Source of the DNA: Octopus sinensis
Lineage: Eukaryota
Assembly (NCBI RefSeq): GCF_006345805.1
Contig: NW_021833647.1
Location: 1 to 64,000, forward strand
DNA length: 64,000 nucleotides
Direction of reading: 5' to 3'
Below the pieces are notes generated by a model, which worked only from the letters and a program-made list of their open reading frames with translations, had not been told where the DNA came from and searched no databases. Shown piece after piece: positions 26,828 to 39,720 of this stretch. The first letter of the stretch is position 1. Every line of letters starts with the position of its first letter. The translations under genes were made by a program, and so were the position numbers.

Positions 26828-27959
26828 ATGCAGTTCGTGCGTCTACTGTCGAGTGCGATAACTCGTTACAACGACCGAAAGGACGACGATTGGGTAGACC
26901 GAATGAGCTATAGGTATGGCACTAACATCATCCTCTTTTTCGCAATTGCCATGATGAGCAGGAACTTCACAGGGTCGCATCTCGTTTGCTGGCATCCGGC
27001 CATGTTTACATGTTTGTCTTGTCATAAAATTTTAAGATTCTTACACTTCATTTGGGGATTCTTACTGCTAGACTAAGGGCACATACTACGTGGCCCTTGA
27101 TCAAAAACTGCCCTCATCAGATGAAATCAAGAAAAAAAGAATGTAAATTACAATTTAAAATGTAAATTGATGCTAATCCGACCGTTGTCTACTGGAGGTT
27201 AATCTGCCTGGAATAGTCAATAAATGCTCGATTGCTCATAAAATTGAACGAATCTCAGAATAGGAAAAAATAGCGAGCAAAATCGCGTACCAAATCGACC
27301 ATTATTTGCGACGGAGAGACAACTGGGATGGGACATCGAACAGAGTCGTGTCTCTTATAAAAATGCTGATGTGGTCTGGGGGACGGAAACACGGAAACTA
27401 TTTGTCTTTTGCATACTGCATCACCAAAACACTTTTCCTCTTCAATGCGTTTGGTCAATTTTTTCTGCTGAACAGATTTTTGGGCTTTCAGTTTCACATG
27501 TACGGTTTCTACATTCTGAACGAGTACATTCACGGAAAAGAAATAAACGAGTCCTCTTTCTTCCCGCGGGTAACCTACTGCGATATCCCCGAACGGACCA
27601 TCAAACAGACACACATCTACACAGTCCAATGCGTGCTTCAACAAAATCTATTCTCAGAAAAAATATTCATAATTATTTGGTATATGCTCCTAATTGTCGG
27701 AGTTGCGACTTTGATCTCGTACGTCAAGTGGCTTCTTTATTTCTCGATTCCCCGTCTACGGGACGACTACGTTAGTCAGTACATTCAGGATATTGCTCCA
27801 ACTGAGAACGATCAGTTCACCAAATTCATTAACAAATACCTCAAAAACGACGGATTCTTCATTTGTCGACTTATCGCACTCAACAAAAACTGCATGATGC
27901 TTGACACTGTTGTCAACATTCTCTGGCAAGACTTTAAAAACAAGAACCTAAATAATTAA
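26828..27959 (+). pseudogene. inx: Innexin gap-junction gene, disrupted
   Basis: DDDWVDRMSYRY, CWHPAMFT, YC(*)..TYY, GNYL...Y...K.LF..N..GQ, FPRVTYCD, YTVQCVL..N.F.EKI, YL..DG.F..RL. 25-nt intron at 27012-27036. TAG at the conserved Trp (27069-27071). The YYQW/TM2 segment is missing. Confidence 0.9.
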
Positions 27960-28229
27960 TTTATTGACTTTTGTTCGGATTTTGAATTTCATAGTACGAA
28001 TTTCCACTTTCCGTATTTGCTACAAATTATAAAGAATATTCACGAACTAACAAATCCATTCATTATGCTTGAAATTTAAACATTTTTATAAATCATTCCA
28101 ATTTTATACTTTAGTCCGTTTTTTTGTTATTTAGAAATTCATTTATTTTTTGCAGCTGGACCTGCGAACTATTAAAAATGACACTTAAAGATTTTCTCAA
28201 AATAAAGTTTAGTACAATTTTGTTGTAAT

Positions 28230-28590
28230 TAAAATAAAATTTATTTTTATTAATTATTTTTAATTATCTTAATTTTTACTAGAAAACTTAATAAATTAAG
28301 CCACGTGTTATTACGGAGTCGATTCACTTTGTTGTATTTTATCAATTTTTGATCACACTTTATTTTTTTATTTAATTGGATGTAGAAGGAATAATGCGAG
28401 ATGTGGTTTCTTTTAATAATTAAATTATCTGAAATTTCATCATTTTTTGTATATTTCCCGGTTTTATTCCTTTAATCTGTTTCTTTTATTTATTTTGAAA
28501 CTTCTAAACACTATTATTTTCTTAGTCATATTATTTATCAAATTTTCTCTTATTTTTTTAAAAATTTTCTGAATAACAATTTTATAACTC
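28230..28590 (-). repeat. Unclassified interspersed element, copy E
   Basis: Ends ATTTTATAACTC (reverse complement of the copy D start); AAGCCACGTG (28302); TTTCCCGGTTTTATTCC (28457). Confidence 0.8.
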
Positions 28591-28859
28591 GATTTTATTT
28601 GTTTGTTCCTTTAATTATTTTTTTTATTATTATTAAAACCTCTCGAATCTGCCGATTTTTTGCAATTTAAATAATATTTTATAGTTGAAACATTAACTTA
28701 CAATATAGATTAAATCTTTCTTTTTATGTAAAAATGACTAAATACATAAAATTATTTATATTCCAAAAATCAGAAATTTTATGTTTTTTAATTAATTTTC
28801 TTAACATTTCCCCAATTCGCATAATATTTTCGTGATCGATGATCACATTTAAATTAAAC

Positions 28860-29300
28860 ATTTAATAATAAAAATAACATTTAAATTTTATTTATTGTAA
28901 TATAATAAGAAGTAATGCTTGATATTGTCTGGATAGAAGTTTCTATCTTTTTTTAAAATATTTTTCAGCAGTTTAATAGCTTTTTCAACGGATGCAGAGG
29001 ATGCCTGACAGCGTGAAAGTAAAAAATAATCTCGTTGGCTAATTTTCGGTTCAGTCATCTCAATAATAGGTTTAAATCCGTTTTCCTCCATTCTTTTATT
29101 CATATAATTTTTAATATTTGCCTTATCATCATAAAAATGTAGTCCTTCTATGTCATAATATTCCCGATTGATTGAATAGTCGCAACATTCCGAAACTTTG
29201 AGAATATCTATTATTTGTGAATAATTGCATATGATCTCCGTTAATTTCATCTCAATATCGGGATAATTGAATATGCATAGTTAATAACTATTTGTCATTA
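28860..29300 (-). mobile_element. hAT-like transposase C-terminal fragment
   Basis: CQASSASVEKA...LKNILKKDRNF.PDNIKHY resembles a hAT dimerisation tail. Confidence 0.65.
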
Positions 29301-29350
29301 TTCTATTTATTTTTATGGGAAAAAAATATCGGGATTATTTACATCATAGG

Positions 29351-32300
29351 TAGGGCAATTTTTTTTTAACCTAAAAACTTCGATTTTTTAACCTAAAAAT
29401 TTTAACTTTTTAACCCAGTGATTCTTAACGGGGGCGCTGGCGCCCCCCTGGGGGCGCTGGAACATATTAGGGGGGCGCTGGAATTTTAATTTTTTTTAAT
29501 TATTATAAATATTTTATTAGTTTTTGTAAATCATTATCACGTGCTTTTCTATTAATTCTAAATTCAAATTGTCTTGTGTGTACGTAAAAAAATTATTCAC
29601 TGATAATATTTATAAATATTTGTTAATTGTATTTAATATTTTAGAACTTTTTAATAAATATTTTAATTATATTTTATAGATGTCTGATAAAAAAGTAAAA
29701 CGACGTATATATTCGGATGAATACCTAAAGTTTGGAGTGATACCCTACGACCATAACAATTCACTTCCATGTGTCTTATGTGTAAAAAGGTCTTTACAAA
29801 TGAAGGAATGAAGCCTTCAAGAATGCTAAATCATCTTAAGATTTGTCATCCTGACAAACTTGATGCGGATATCAATTATTTTTCTAATCTGAAATATAAT
29901 TATGAAAATCGTCTTATGATTAATCAACTATTTACAAAAAATTCGAAGATGCTTGAAAAAGGCCTATTAGCATCATACAAAATATCGCAATTGATAGCGA
30001 AATCAGGAAAACCTCATACTATTGGAGAGTCATTAATATTACCAGCTATCAAAGAAGTGTTAAATTCAATGGTTGATTGTGATTCTGAACAAATAATTTC
30101 ATCAATTCCTTTGAGTAATAGTTCTGTTTCTTCCAGAATTGATGAAATGGCATTTGATATCGAAGAAACCCTATGTGCATTTTTAAGAACAACAAAATTT
30201 TCAATTCAGATTGATGAATCGACATTCAACGATAGTGTTGCACTTTTATTAGTTTACGTACGTTATATTAATCAAAATGATGTAATTCAAGAAGAATTTT
30301 TATTTTCTGAACACCTTGAACTCGATACAAGAGGATTAACAATTTTCAAAACTGTTGAACAATATTTTTTGAAACATGAAATACCCCTTAGCAATATTTT
30401 TGCTTGTTCAACAGATGGGGCACCTGCGATGGTTGGAGTTCATCGTGGGTTTTTGGCATATATGAAGGAAAAAGTACCGAATATTTTTACAATCCATTGC
30501 GTCATTCACAGACAGCATTTAGCTGCGAAAAATTTAAGTGAGAGGCTGAATGAATCACTAAATGTTGTCATATGTGCAATAAATCGTATTAAAATGCACC
30601 CATTGAATTCGAGAATATTTCGACATATTGTGAACAAAACGATGAGCATTATGAACGACTTCTTTTGCATACCCATGTTAGATGGCTTTCAAAAGGAAAC
30701 TGTTTGTGTCGATTTTTTGAATTGTATGATTCAATCTTAGAATTTTGTCAGTTACATGAGCAGAGAATTTTTAGGTAATTATTCCTTAATCATTTTAGTA
30801 AGTTGATTTTATTGAAAGCTGATATAGCTTATCTAGCTGATATTTTTTATAAAATCAACCAAGTAAATATTAGCTTGCAAGGAAACAATATCAATTTAAT
30901 AAATGTAAAAGGAATTATTATGCCTTTTATTGAAAAATTACAACTTTATGAAAACAATATTAAGAAAAAGATTTTTATTAATTTTCCAAATCTACAAAAA
31001 TTTGGGGTTATTTTTTGTAATAATATTTATTAGGTCGAAAAATTAACGGATTCTGACTGTGAATGCTTTTGCTTGCATCTAAAAATGTTAAAAGATGACA
31101 TGAAAATCCGCTTTGAAGATTTAGAAAATTTAAAATTTTTTGATTGGTATATAAATCCATTTGAAACTGAAAACGTTAATTTATCTCAAGAAATAACAGA
31201 AAATTTATTAAATCTGAAATATGACTTTGAAGCTAAAGTCATTTTCAACAAATATGGATATCAACAATTCTGGGTTACTCATAGAAAAAATATCCTTTAT
31301 TGTGGAATGAAATTGAAACACTTATAATAGCATTTCCTTCAACATATCTAGTTGAAAGAGGATTTAGTGCAGTCTCTAATATTTTGACCAAAAAAAGAAA
31401 TAAATTACAAATTGTGAATAGAGGAGATTTGAGACTAAGTCTGTCGACTATTGAAGCTGACATAAAACGATTGACAAATTCCCATCAAGCACAAGGCAGT
31501 CACTAAAATTTTTTTATATAAAAAAGTTTGGTTTGTGAATACCCTTTTTATTCTAAAAAAATAATAAGTAATATTCGAAAATATTAAAATGAAACATTGG
31601 CGAAAAAATTGCCAAATAAATCTATAATTGAAAAAAAATAAATTAAATAATAGGGGGGCGCTGAAATTTTGAAGCTTCGAAATTGTGTCAAAAGGGGGCG
31701 CTGACTTAAAAAAGGTTAAGAACCACTGTTTTAACCTAAAAATAACCAATTTTTAACCTATAAAACAAAAATTTTAACCTAACAAATTTTAACTTAAGAA
31801 TCATTTATTATACAAACATATAACATAATTCTCTATATTTTCAATATTAAAATTTCTGTTATCCCTCATAAAGTTTTAAATTTGAGAGAAGCATCGTTCT
31901 ATGGAAGAGATGAAGGCTGACACTTAAAAGCATACAATATTTTTCAGGAGAAATTGATGATTTGTCATTCTATAATTTGACATAAATCATTTTTTTGTAA
32001 TCGTTCATTCGAATATTTTTCAATTATATCTGATTCGTCGTCAAATTTTAAATTCTTTAGCTCATTGTAAGCTAACTCTATTGAGGAGTGAGAACTTTCA
32101 AATTTGCACAATAATTCTGCTATTATTAAACTAGTTTTACCTGGAATTGTCGAATAATTTCTAACAATAGAACTTAAGCTTTTTACTAGAGATTCATCTC
32201 TTAGGCTATTTTTTGCAGCCTGAACAATGATTCCATCATCAGGAATTGTTTTGAAAATGTTTATCACATGTATTAAATTTTTGCATAATAAAATGCAGCA

Positions 32301-33445
32301 GTTAGCCAAGTACCCCATCTAGTTAAAACTACATGAGGTGGAATTCCAATTTCATTAAATAGTCGTTTTCTCTTGTTATTTTTTGTTATTGCCGCTTGAA
32401 TTGATGCAATAAGAGAATCAATTTCAGGATAAATAGTCCTGATTTTCATTGAACAATTATGCATCAGATGAGCAACACAAGTTACGTGAAATAACCTTGG
32501 ATATAAAAGCTTAAGAACTTTTCCAGCTATAATTATATGTTAAATTAAAACCTGCTAGCATATATTTAGCGGAATCTGTTATTAGGAGAAGGAAATTTTG
32601 TCTTTCAATTAAAACGCATTTAATCGTATCGTCAACAATTTGAATAATTGTTTCTTTGGTAGAAGTTTTATCAATTTTTACGAAAGAAATCAAATAAATT
32701 TTATCGGGATTTTTAAGTATCCCCATTAAAACTGCAACAAATTTTTGGCTACGAATAGTGACCTCGTCACTTATGGCGAATACAAGTTGATTTCTAAAAA
32801 ATTATATTCATAAACCTAAACTTTTCTTGAAATAATACAATATATTCAGTTTTCAATTGTTTAACCGCACATTCTTGCTTTGTATTGGGAAGGAAGAGGC
32901 AAAGAAGTATTCTTGAATAAATTCTTTAGAGGAGGCATAGTCAATTTATGCAAGGGTATATCGCATTGAATAAATGCTTTAGTGACTTGCATTGACCAGT
33001 CATCATTGGGTAACTCGTCCAAACAAAGCTGATAGAAATTATTCTCTAAAAATTATATTAATTTGTAAAAACTTAATAAATTTGAGTGCTTCTTCGATTC
33101 TCGGTGAGAATTCACAAAATGCTTTTTCTCACACCTGACTGTGCATAAGCAAAGTTGACATTGCAACTCGCCATTCTCTCGTAATAAAAACTCCAGCGGA
33201 TATTCAATAACAATTTTTTTTGCCTTAAAATACATTGTTTTTGCAGTTCTTGGCATACTAAACACCCACGCGCTATTTTAAATAAAGTTAAAATTTTTAA
33301 CTTTATAAAAAAAATTTTTTTAACTTTTTAACTTTATTTTTTTCTTTAATAAGTAACTATTTCATTTAAAAAATACTTTATTTTTACTTTTAAGCCAAAA
33401 TACACATTTTCATATATTTTAACTTTTTTAACTTAAATTGCCCTA
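29351..33445 (-). mobile_element. Complete hAT element (CGGBP1-like transposase, degraded) hosting a nested hAT
   Basis: TIR TAGGGCAATTT/AAATTGCCCTA, 8-bp TSD ATCATAGG; C..C..H zinc finger, DIPLHKL, ITDSAKYM, HVTCVAHLMHN, TRWGTWL. Confidence 0.9.
29416..31728 (+). mobile_element. Complete Buster-type hAT; transposase 29680-31506 with two mini-introns and a few frameshifts
   Basis: TIRs CAGTGATTCTTAAC/GTTAAGAACCACTG, 8-bp TSD TTTTAACC; QIDEST, TDGAPAM, HCVIHRQHL, VRWLSKG, FPSTYLVERGFS; introns at 30775-30798 and 31007-31033. Confidence 0.93.
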
Positions 33446-33469
33446 ATCATAGGTTTTCACGAGAAATTT

Positions 33470-34000
33470 CTCGCGGCGCAAATGCTAATAAAAAATAATC
33501 TCGCGGCACATAATCAAAAATCAAAACATAATTATAAATTCCAAATTCAAAATTTATTATTTTTACATAATTTTTCTATGTCTGGCTCAATATTTGATAA
33601 GGCCAGTCGCATTTCTAAATCTAAATCCAGTAGATTTTCTCGCTTATTTGTTTTAATGTTTTGTAATGCAGAAAATCCCTTTTCACACAAATAGTAAAGA
33701 AACCTGAATTTAATCATATAATAAAACAATATACAAGTCCATTAAGTCTTCCAGACATAGATGGTGCCCCATATGTGCATACACCAACACAATTTTTAAA
33801 GGAAATATTATGTTGATTAAAATAATCAAATATCAAATTGTACATATCAATTGCACGAGTAGTAGTAACTAATGCCTTGCAGAAAAGAAATTGTTCAATA
33901 ATAGTTTCTGACTTTTCAGTACGAATATAAATAAGCAACTGTGCAATTTCTGCTACGTCAGTTGATTCGTAAATTTGCAATGAATATAAATTTCTTTTTA
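33470..34000 (-). mobile_element. Internally deleted ZBED5-like hAT fragment
   Basis: QI(Y)ESTDVAEIAQLLIYIR, CTYGAPSMSG, YLCEKGFSAL..IKTNKRE. Confidence 0.8.
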
Positions 34001-34439
34001 AGCCATGAATTATTCACGTAAAGAAAAATAGAGAAGAGAAGTTAACTAATTTAGATGAGTTGCCGAACGGATGGACAGGCAATTTCCACGTAATATCGCG
34101 AACGACGTAATTTCCACGTAATTTAGGTGAGTTGCTGAAAAAGCCAGCTCGTTTCACGACTGTCGTGACTCCTCCTCAAGATGATTAAACCAATCTCTGT
34201 ACGAGTTCGCACTTACGACCATTTAAAGATAGACCGATCTCCGCGAAACCAGACGTGATTTTGTTAATGTCCTCCAAAGGTAACATCGTCCAAATACCAA
34301 AAATTGACATTGGACGCAAGGTTGCGTGCAATATGGTCATCGGAGGCTTTATATTGGAAGTGCGAATAATTGATTTAACTCAATTTATTTTTAAGGAGTA
34401 TCATCCTAAAAATGATATTTGTGTGGCCTAATTTATCTG

Positions 34440-34720
34440 TCAGGTTCGGGGGACTAGATAATATCCTACCTGAACTAATAAAGTACGCGCCAATTAAGCT
34501 TGCTAGAACAATTGCAAACATCCTGAACAAAGAATTTGAGCAGAATAGTCTATTAGACCTCGGCAAAGGATGGTTAATTCCACTAAAGAAACCCGGAAAA
34601 AAAAGAGAAACCATACCCAACTTAAGACCTATTAGCCTAGTATCGACGCTTCGGATAACACTCTCACTGGTTGCATTAGAAAGAATAAAAACTAAGATGG
34701 CAAATTTTCTTTGGGTCAAA
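34440..34720 (+). mobile_element. Non-LTR RT fragment
   Basis: GLDNILPELIKY..IPLKKPGK..NLRPISLVSTLR. Confidence 0.7.
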
Positions 34721-35534
34721 AATGACAGTTACATACATTTTTTTAAATCTGCTTTATATGGAAAGTGCAAATAATTAATCTGACTTAAAGTATATTTAAG
34801 GAGTATCATTCGAAAAATGATATTTGTATGGCATAATTAGTACAATAATTGATTTCTATAATATAAATTTAGTAAACTAGTAAATATTAGATACGTGCCA
34901 AAAATCGAGTCTGTAAATTATAGTTCACTTACATGATTGTCTGGAAATACTACAATTATTTTTTTGATTATAATCAATTCCATAATTTGTGTACAAGAAT
35001 TATTGCAGATGCTTATTGATTATATTATTAGTCAATTATTAAATTTCAATGTATTCTTTAAAAAAGTGATTTTAGCCAAAAACTCAAAAAATCAATTTAT
35101 TAAACTACTAACTCAATTCGAGCAGATGCAATATAATTACTTATATAATTAAAAAAATGACTTGTTATGATTGCCATGATTTTGAAAATGAACTTAAGTG
35201 ATTAACCCAGTTGGTACTATTTACTCTCAAACAGCCCGATTGGAAGACGCCTGTTAAAAACTGTATTTTCAGTGGTTAGATAATCATACTTTGGTTTTAG
35301 CTTGGTATTGAGTGGTACTTAAAAGTAGGTTGGATGGTTTGCACTAGGAGTCGGAAATGACTTGTTTTTATTAATCTCAAATATATTTTATTGTATTTGC
35401 TAATCTGACTGCACTCCCCTGCGGCGTCGCTAAAAACCGTATCAAAGAGCGACTTTCAGCGTAGACACCGCTCTAACATTCCATTATACATAATTAGCGT
35501 AGTTATCATTACTGTTTTTAGTTGCTGTCCCCGC

Positions 35535-36554
35535 ATGGAAGGTCAACTGAAATGTACCAAATGTAAAGAAGTAATTTATACAAAAAACCCACATTTGCGT
35601 CTTATGGACTCATTTTATCACACTAACTGTCTTCAGTGTTCTGTGTGTTCTCAAGTACTCACAGATCTTTGTTACGTGAGGGACGAGATTTACTGTTTTA
35701 ACGACTATACAATGTTTTATTAAAAACTTAGTTTGTAGGAATTTTAAGTTTTGTCCGTTGTGTAACGTCCAAATTGAACTAAATACATTGGTGTATACCA
35801 TCAAGTCACATATGTATCATGTTGAATGCCTCAAGTGTCGGTGTTGTAATAAAGAACTCAAAACTGGGGACTTCTTTTCCTATGCTGATAAATCCACACT
35901 TTACTGCATGGACTATTATCACAAAAATATATGTTTGGTAATTGAGCTATTTTTAGTAAAAACTGAAAACACTGCGGAATCGAAAAGAAAAATCAAAGTC
36001 TCCTAAATCTTGTTCGGGAGCGAATGGGAGTCCTGAAAAGCTGAATCCATTAGTGAGGAAGTTCAAACCAACCATGAAGCCAACAATAACTTCAAAAAAT
36101 GCAAACAACGTGGACGGAGGACATCAATCAAACCACACCAAATTGGGCTTCTTACAGAATTGTACGAAAGTGAAAGAAAGCCATCGCGTCATACATTGGA
36201 AGAAATGACCAAATTGACTGGACTACCAATTCGCGTGATCCAAGTCAGGATGGGGGTCTCTAGTGTTAGGTCTGGTTTCAAAACAGGAGGTCCAAGGAAC
36301 GGAGAAACAACCCGAGCAACTCTAGCCTCCTACCTTCCAATCCACCTCCCAGTAACACAGAATTTGGGGTCTTCAAACATCAGTTTAATCAAAGGCCACA
36401 AATCTTCCAGAATAACAGATCTGGAAATAATTTTTTTTCGTCATTTGTGACAGATGATCAACATTATGGGCATTATCGAAACGAATATTACCCAGAAAGT
36501 ATGTTGAGGAAGCCAATAAATCCAATGCTGTTTCCTCCCTCAAGGCATTTTTAA
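35535..36554 (+). CDS. Lhx1/5: LIM-homeobox gene, Lhx1/5 (lin-11/mec-3) type; as assembled it has +1/-1 indels and a TAA in the linker
   Basis: Two LIM domains and homeodomain RGRRTSIK..KPSRH..RVIQ|VWFQNRRSKERR; introns at 35714-35738, 35933-35956 and 36244-36269. Confidence 0.85.
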
Positions 36555-38399
36555 ACTCCTGATCAGACATTCCAGTACCCTCCCAATATGCATTTCTACA
36601 GAAATCTTAATTTTTAACATTCTGCTAGTCTAATAAATATAGTGTTTAAAATGTTCAGATTGCACTTTTTCTAAGGTTTAGTTTTAGAATTGTCGACCGA
36701 AATGGTTCTCATTTCTCTCCTACTTTCCTAAACATCCAAATAGTGATTTGGGATACGCTTCTTCCAGGAGATCCAAAATACAAAATAATTTTCTTTCCAG
36801 AAGTTTTTTTAGAGATTAAGGCATGATCTGCTAACGAATTCCAAGAGATTTTATTTGATTTCCTCCGTGGTAATAACATAAGTTGCTTCCTCAACAAGTA
36901 TTTTATTGACTGTTTAATTAAGTACATAGACAAGTCTGAAATCATAAGTGACAATCAAAAACTCATCAAAACGACTAATCTCTGCGTCTTTGGCTAGGCT
37001 CCAAAATCTGGAAACTTGGTGAATTTTTTGTATTAAAAACTAGAAATTGACAAGAAATAGTTATCTTTTGATAAAAAAGAAATTTAATTTAACTAAAATT
37101 AGACACGTTTATTAATTTCTCTCTTGTTACTTTGATGTTTGCTCACTTTTTATAGCTAGATAAAAATATATGTTGTACCTTTTGCAATGGAAGATCCCAA
37201 TTGGCTTAATGGGGACTTTCTAGTCATTAATTAATTTTCCGAACAGTTTCCGCACCTTTGTCTGCGGCACTCTCGCCTATTCCACCCAAGAGTTGGTCCT
37301 GGGACGATCATATGATGGATTCAAGTTGGGAGTGCTCCTTTATCATATGATTAGTGGAGTCTTCATCTTCCCCTAGAAAACTGCAATTATCACTACGACC
37401 ACCCTACACATTCACTTTGATATCACTGACACGTGCAAACAAGTTCACTTCGCACTCCTCCAACGCGATACCCACACCAGACCGAATATGTCAGTTTGAG
37501 TGGATAGAGTAACCGACTCCTCACCATTCTCCTCAGAAAAAGCTACTTTATCCTGCCTTCGACCGTTCTTCAGTCACAGAGACAGAACTCCGGGCCAAAG
37601 ATATTGTTAGTTACTGACAGTCCACGATGAATAATTTGCTATCAATTCAGCAGTCGTCTTTTGGGAATCTCCTGCAAAGCCTACTCCTCCCTCTCCAAAG
37701 GCAGGGGAGACAGCCGTAAATACCTTAATTCATCCCGAATGTGAGTGCTAAGGGAAACGCATCTGCGAATCGAGACAACAAAGCATCGCCAAATTGTTCA
37801 ATTTTTTGAGACCCCATCTGTGTCTATCAAATTAATTTTGAGGTGAATACATTTTTTGATCATTTGTTTCGTTTTGCTTGTTCTTTTAGAACAAATTCAC
37901 GAAAAAAATATTGTTGAGATAATGCTCTTTGCAGAAGGAGATTTTTTTGTAATCAAGCGAACCATCATTTGTCAAGTCGTGAGTGCAATATATGAAGTTT
38001 GCTCTGCCACTGAAACAGTAGGACGATTCGAGGCATTTACCTAATGAAAGGTTTCAACTTGGTTTAATTGATTTTAAAGTTTGTTAGTTATTATTGTAGA
38101 ATCAAAATGATTGTCTGTAGGATACACATATTCAAAATTATATGAATTGGGTTAAAAGAATACACGATTTCATTATAAAAGTTATAAAAACTATCAAAAA
38201 TAGTGATCATTATAAAACATGTCAAATTAAAAAAAAGATAGGCGTTCATTGCCCGGTTAAATAAAAGATTTGCCCCAAAATATTCTATCATAAAATTATG
38301 AAAAACAAAAAGAACAGACGATTGTCAGACTCTCCAATTTTGGTTATGTAGCCGGTTTTATCGTCTTTTTTGATTGCATTTTGTAGCGGTCAATTTTGA

Positions 38400-39720
38400 T
38401 TGGCATTGTCTGACATGTCGCCAACCAGATAATACGACAAACTCTTTCATACGCTACCATTCTAAACATGCTCCACTAGACCATCAGGAAATACTTAAAG
38501 ACTCCTGATCAGGATTCCTGGCAATCACCAAACTAATGAACAGGATGCTATCAGGGACACTACCAGAAACTATTTCACACATAATGTTCTCCGCCAAATT
38601 AATCGTATTCGACAAGAAGAGAAGGGGAATACTCCCTATTTCTGTTGGCCTGGTCTTTCGTCGGTTGGCCTCAAAGCTTGTAGGCAGAAAAATCCTTCCT
38701 ACGTTGATAACACAATTACAACCAGCCCAAATAGGGGTCGGCACACCGGGGGGTTGTGAAGCGGCAGTTCATGCTCTCCGAACATTCACCAAAAAGAACG
38801 AGAAACTCCTTTCGTAGTCATCAAAATTGACATTAAAAATACTATCAACTCGATACGACGTGATACAATTCTGAAGAATTGCTTCACATACTACCCATCA
38901 GTATACAGCTATATTCATAGCTCATATGGAAAACCATCCAGTCTGGTACACGGCCAATATTACATCCCATCGTCTTCTGGAGTCCAACAAGGAGACCCAC
39001 TGGGGCCTGCCTTGTTCAGCCTGAAAATTACCCGTGTCACAAGATATTGTTCTACTCCCTGAGGGTATGGTATTTGGATGATTGCACTATGGGCGGCCAT
39101 CCGGGCGCACCCTGCTACCAGGAAATGAAACAGCTCAATGATATTGATTCTCTCTTTCGGACCACCATCGAACGTATCACTAATGTGAAATTTGACGACC
39201 AAGGGTAAGACCAAGCGACCCTACCCGTTAACCTGGGCGGACTGGGAATCCCTTCACAGAAAGATCTAGCTTGCCCCGCATATATATCCTTTTTGAACTC
39301 CAGCCGACTGCTGATCAGGATGATTCTCCAACTTCAAACAGAATCCTCTGAAATCACAGACATGGAGCATTCGCGAGGGATGATGCCTGAACAGAAAGAT
39401 CTTTACAGGACCTGAGAGGATAAATATGAGAGGCTTCTGAACCAATCAAACCAACATAGACGTGCCTGTCTAGTGACTGGAAGATGCGAATCGAGTGGAG
39501 CTTGTATCAACGCATTCCCGTTGGTAGTGTCAGAACCCACCTTGACGACGATACTGTCTGCATCGGCATCAGTACTAGACTTGGACTGGAGATTTGCCGG
39601 ACTCACAAATGCCGGTGTGGCGTCACCGTCGATTGCTATGGCCTCTCTTGTAGAAGAAGTGCAGGACGATTTCCAAGACACAAGGCGATCAACGAAATTG
39701 TCAAGCGAGCCCTGGATCGC
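38400..39720 (+). mobile_element. Degraded CRE-type element (RT to REL)
   Basis: [71 protein letters not shown]. Confidence 0.85.

Noticed and set aside
36385-36570. Minus-strand ORF with Elongin-C/BTB-like LDLLASSTY
   Set aside because: It is antisense to the open Lhx C-terminal exon and the similarity is too short.
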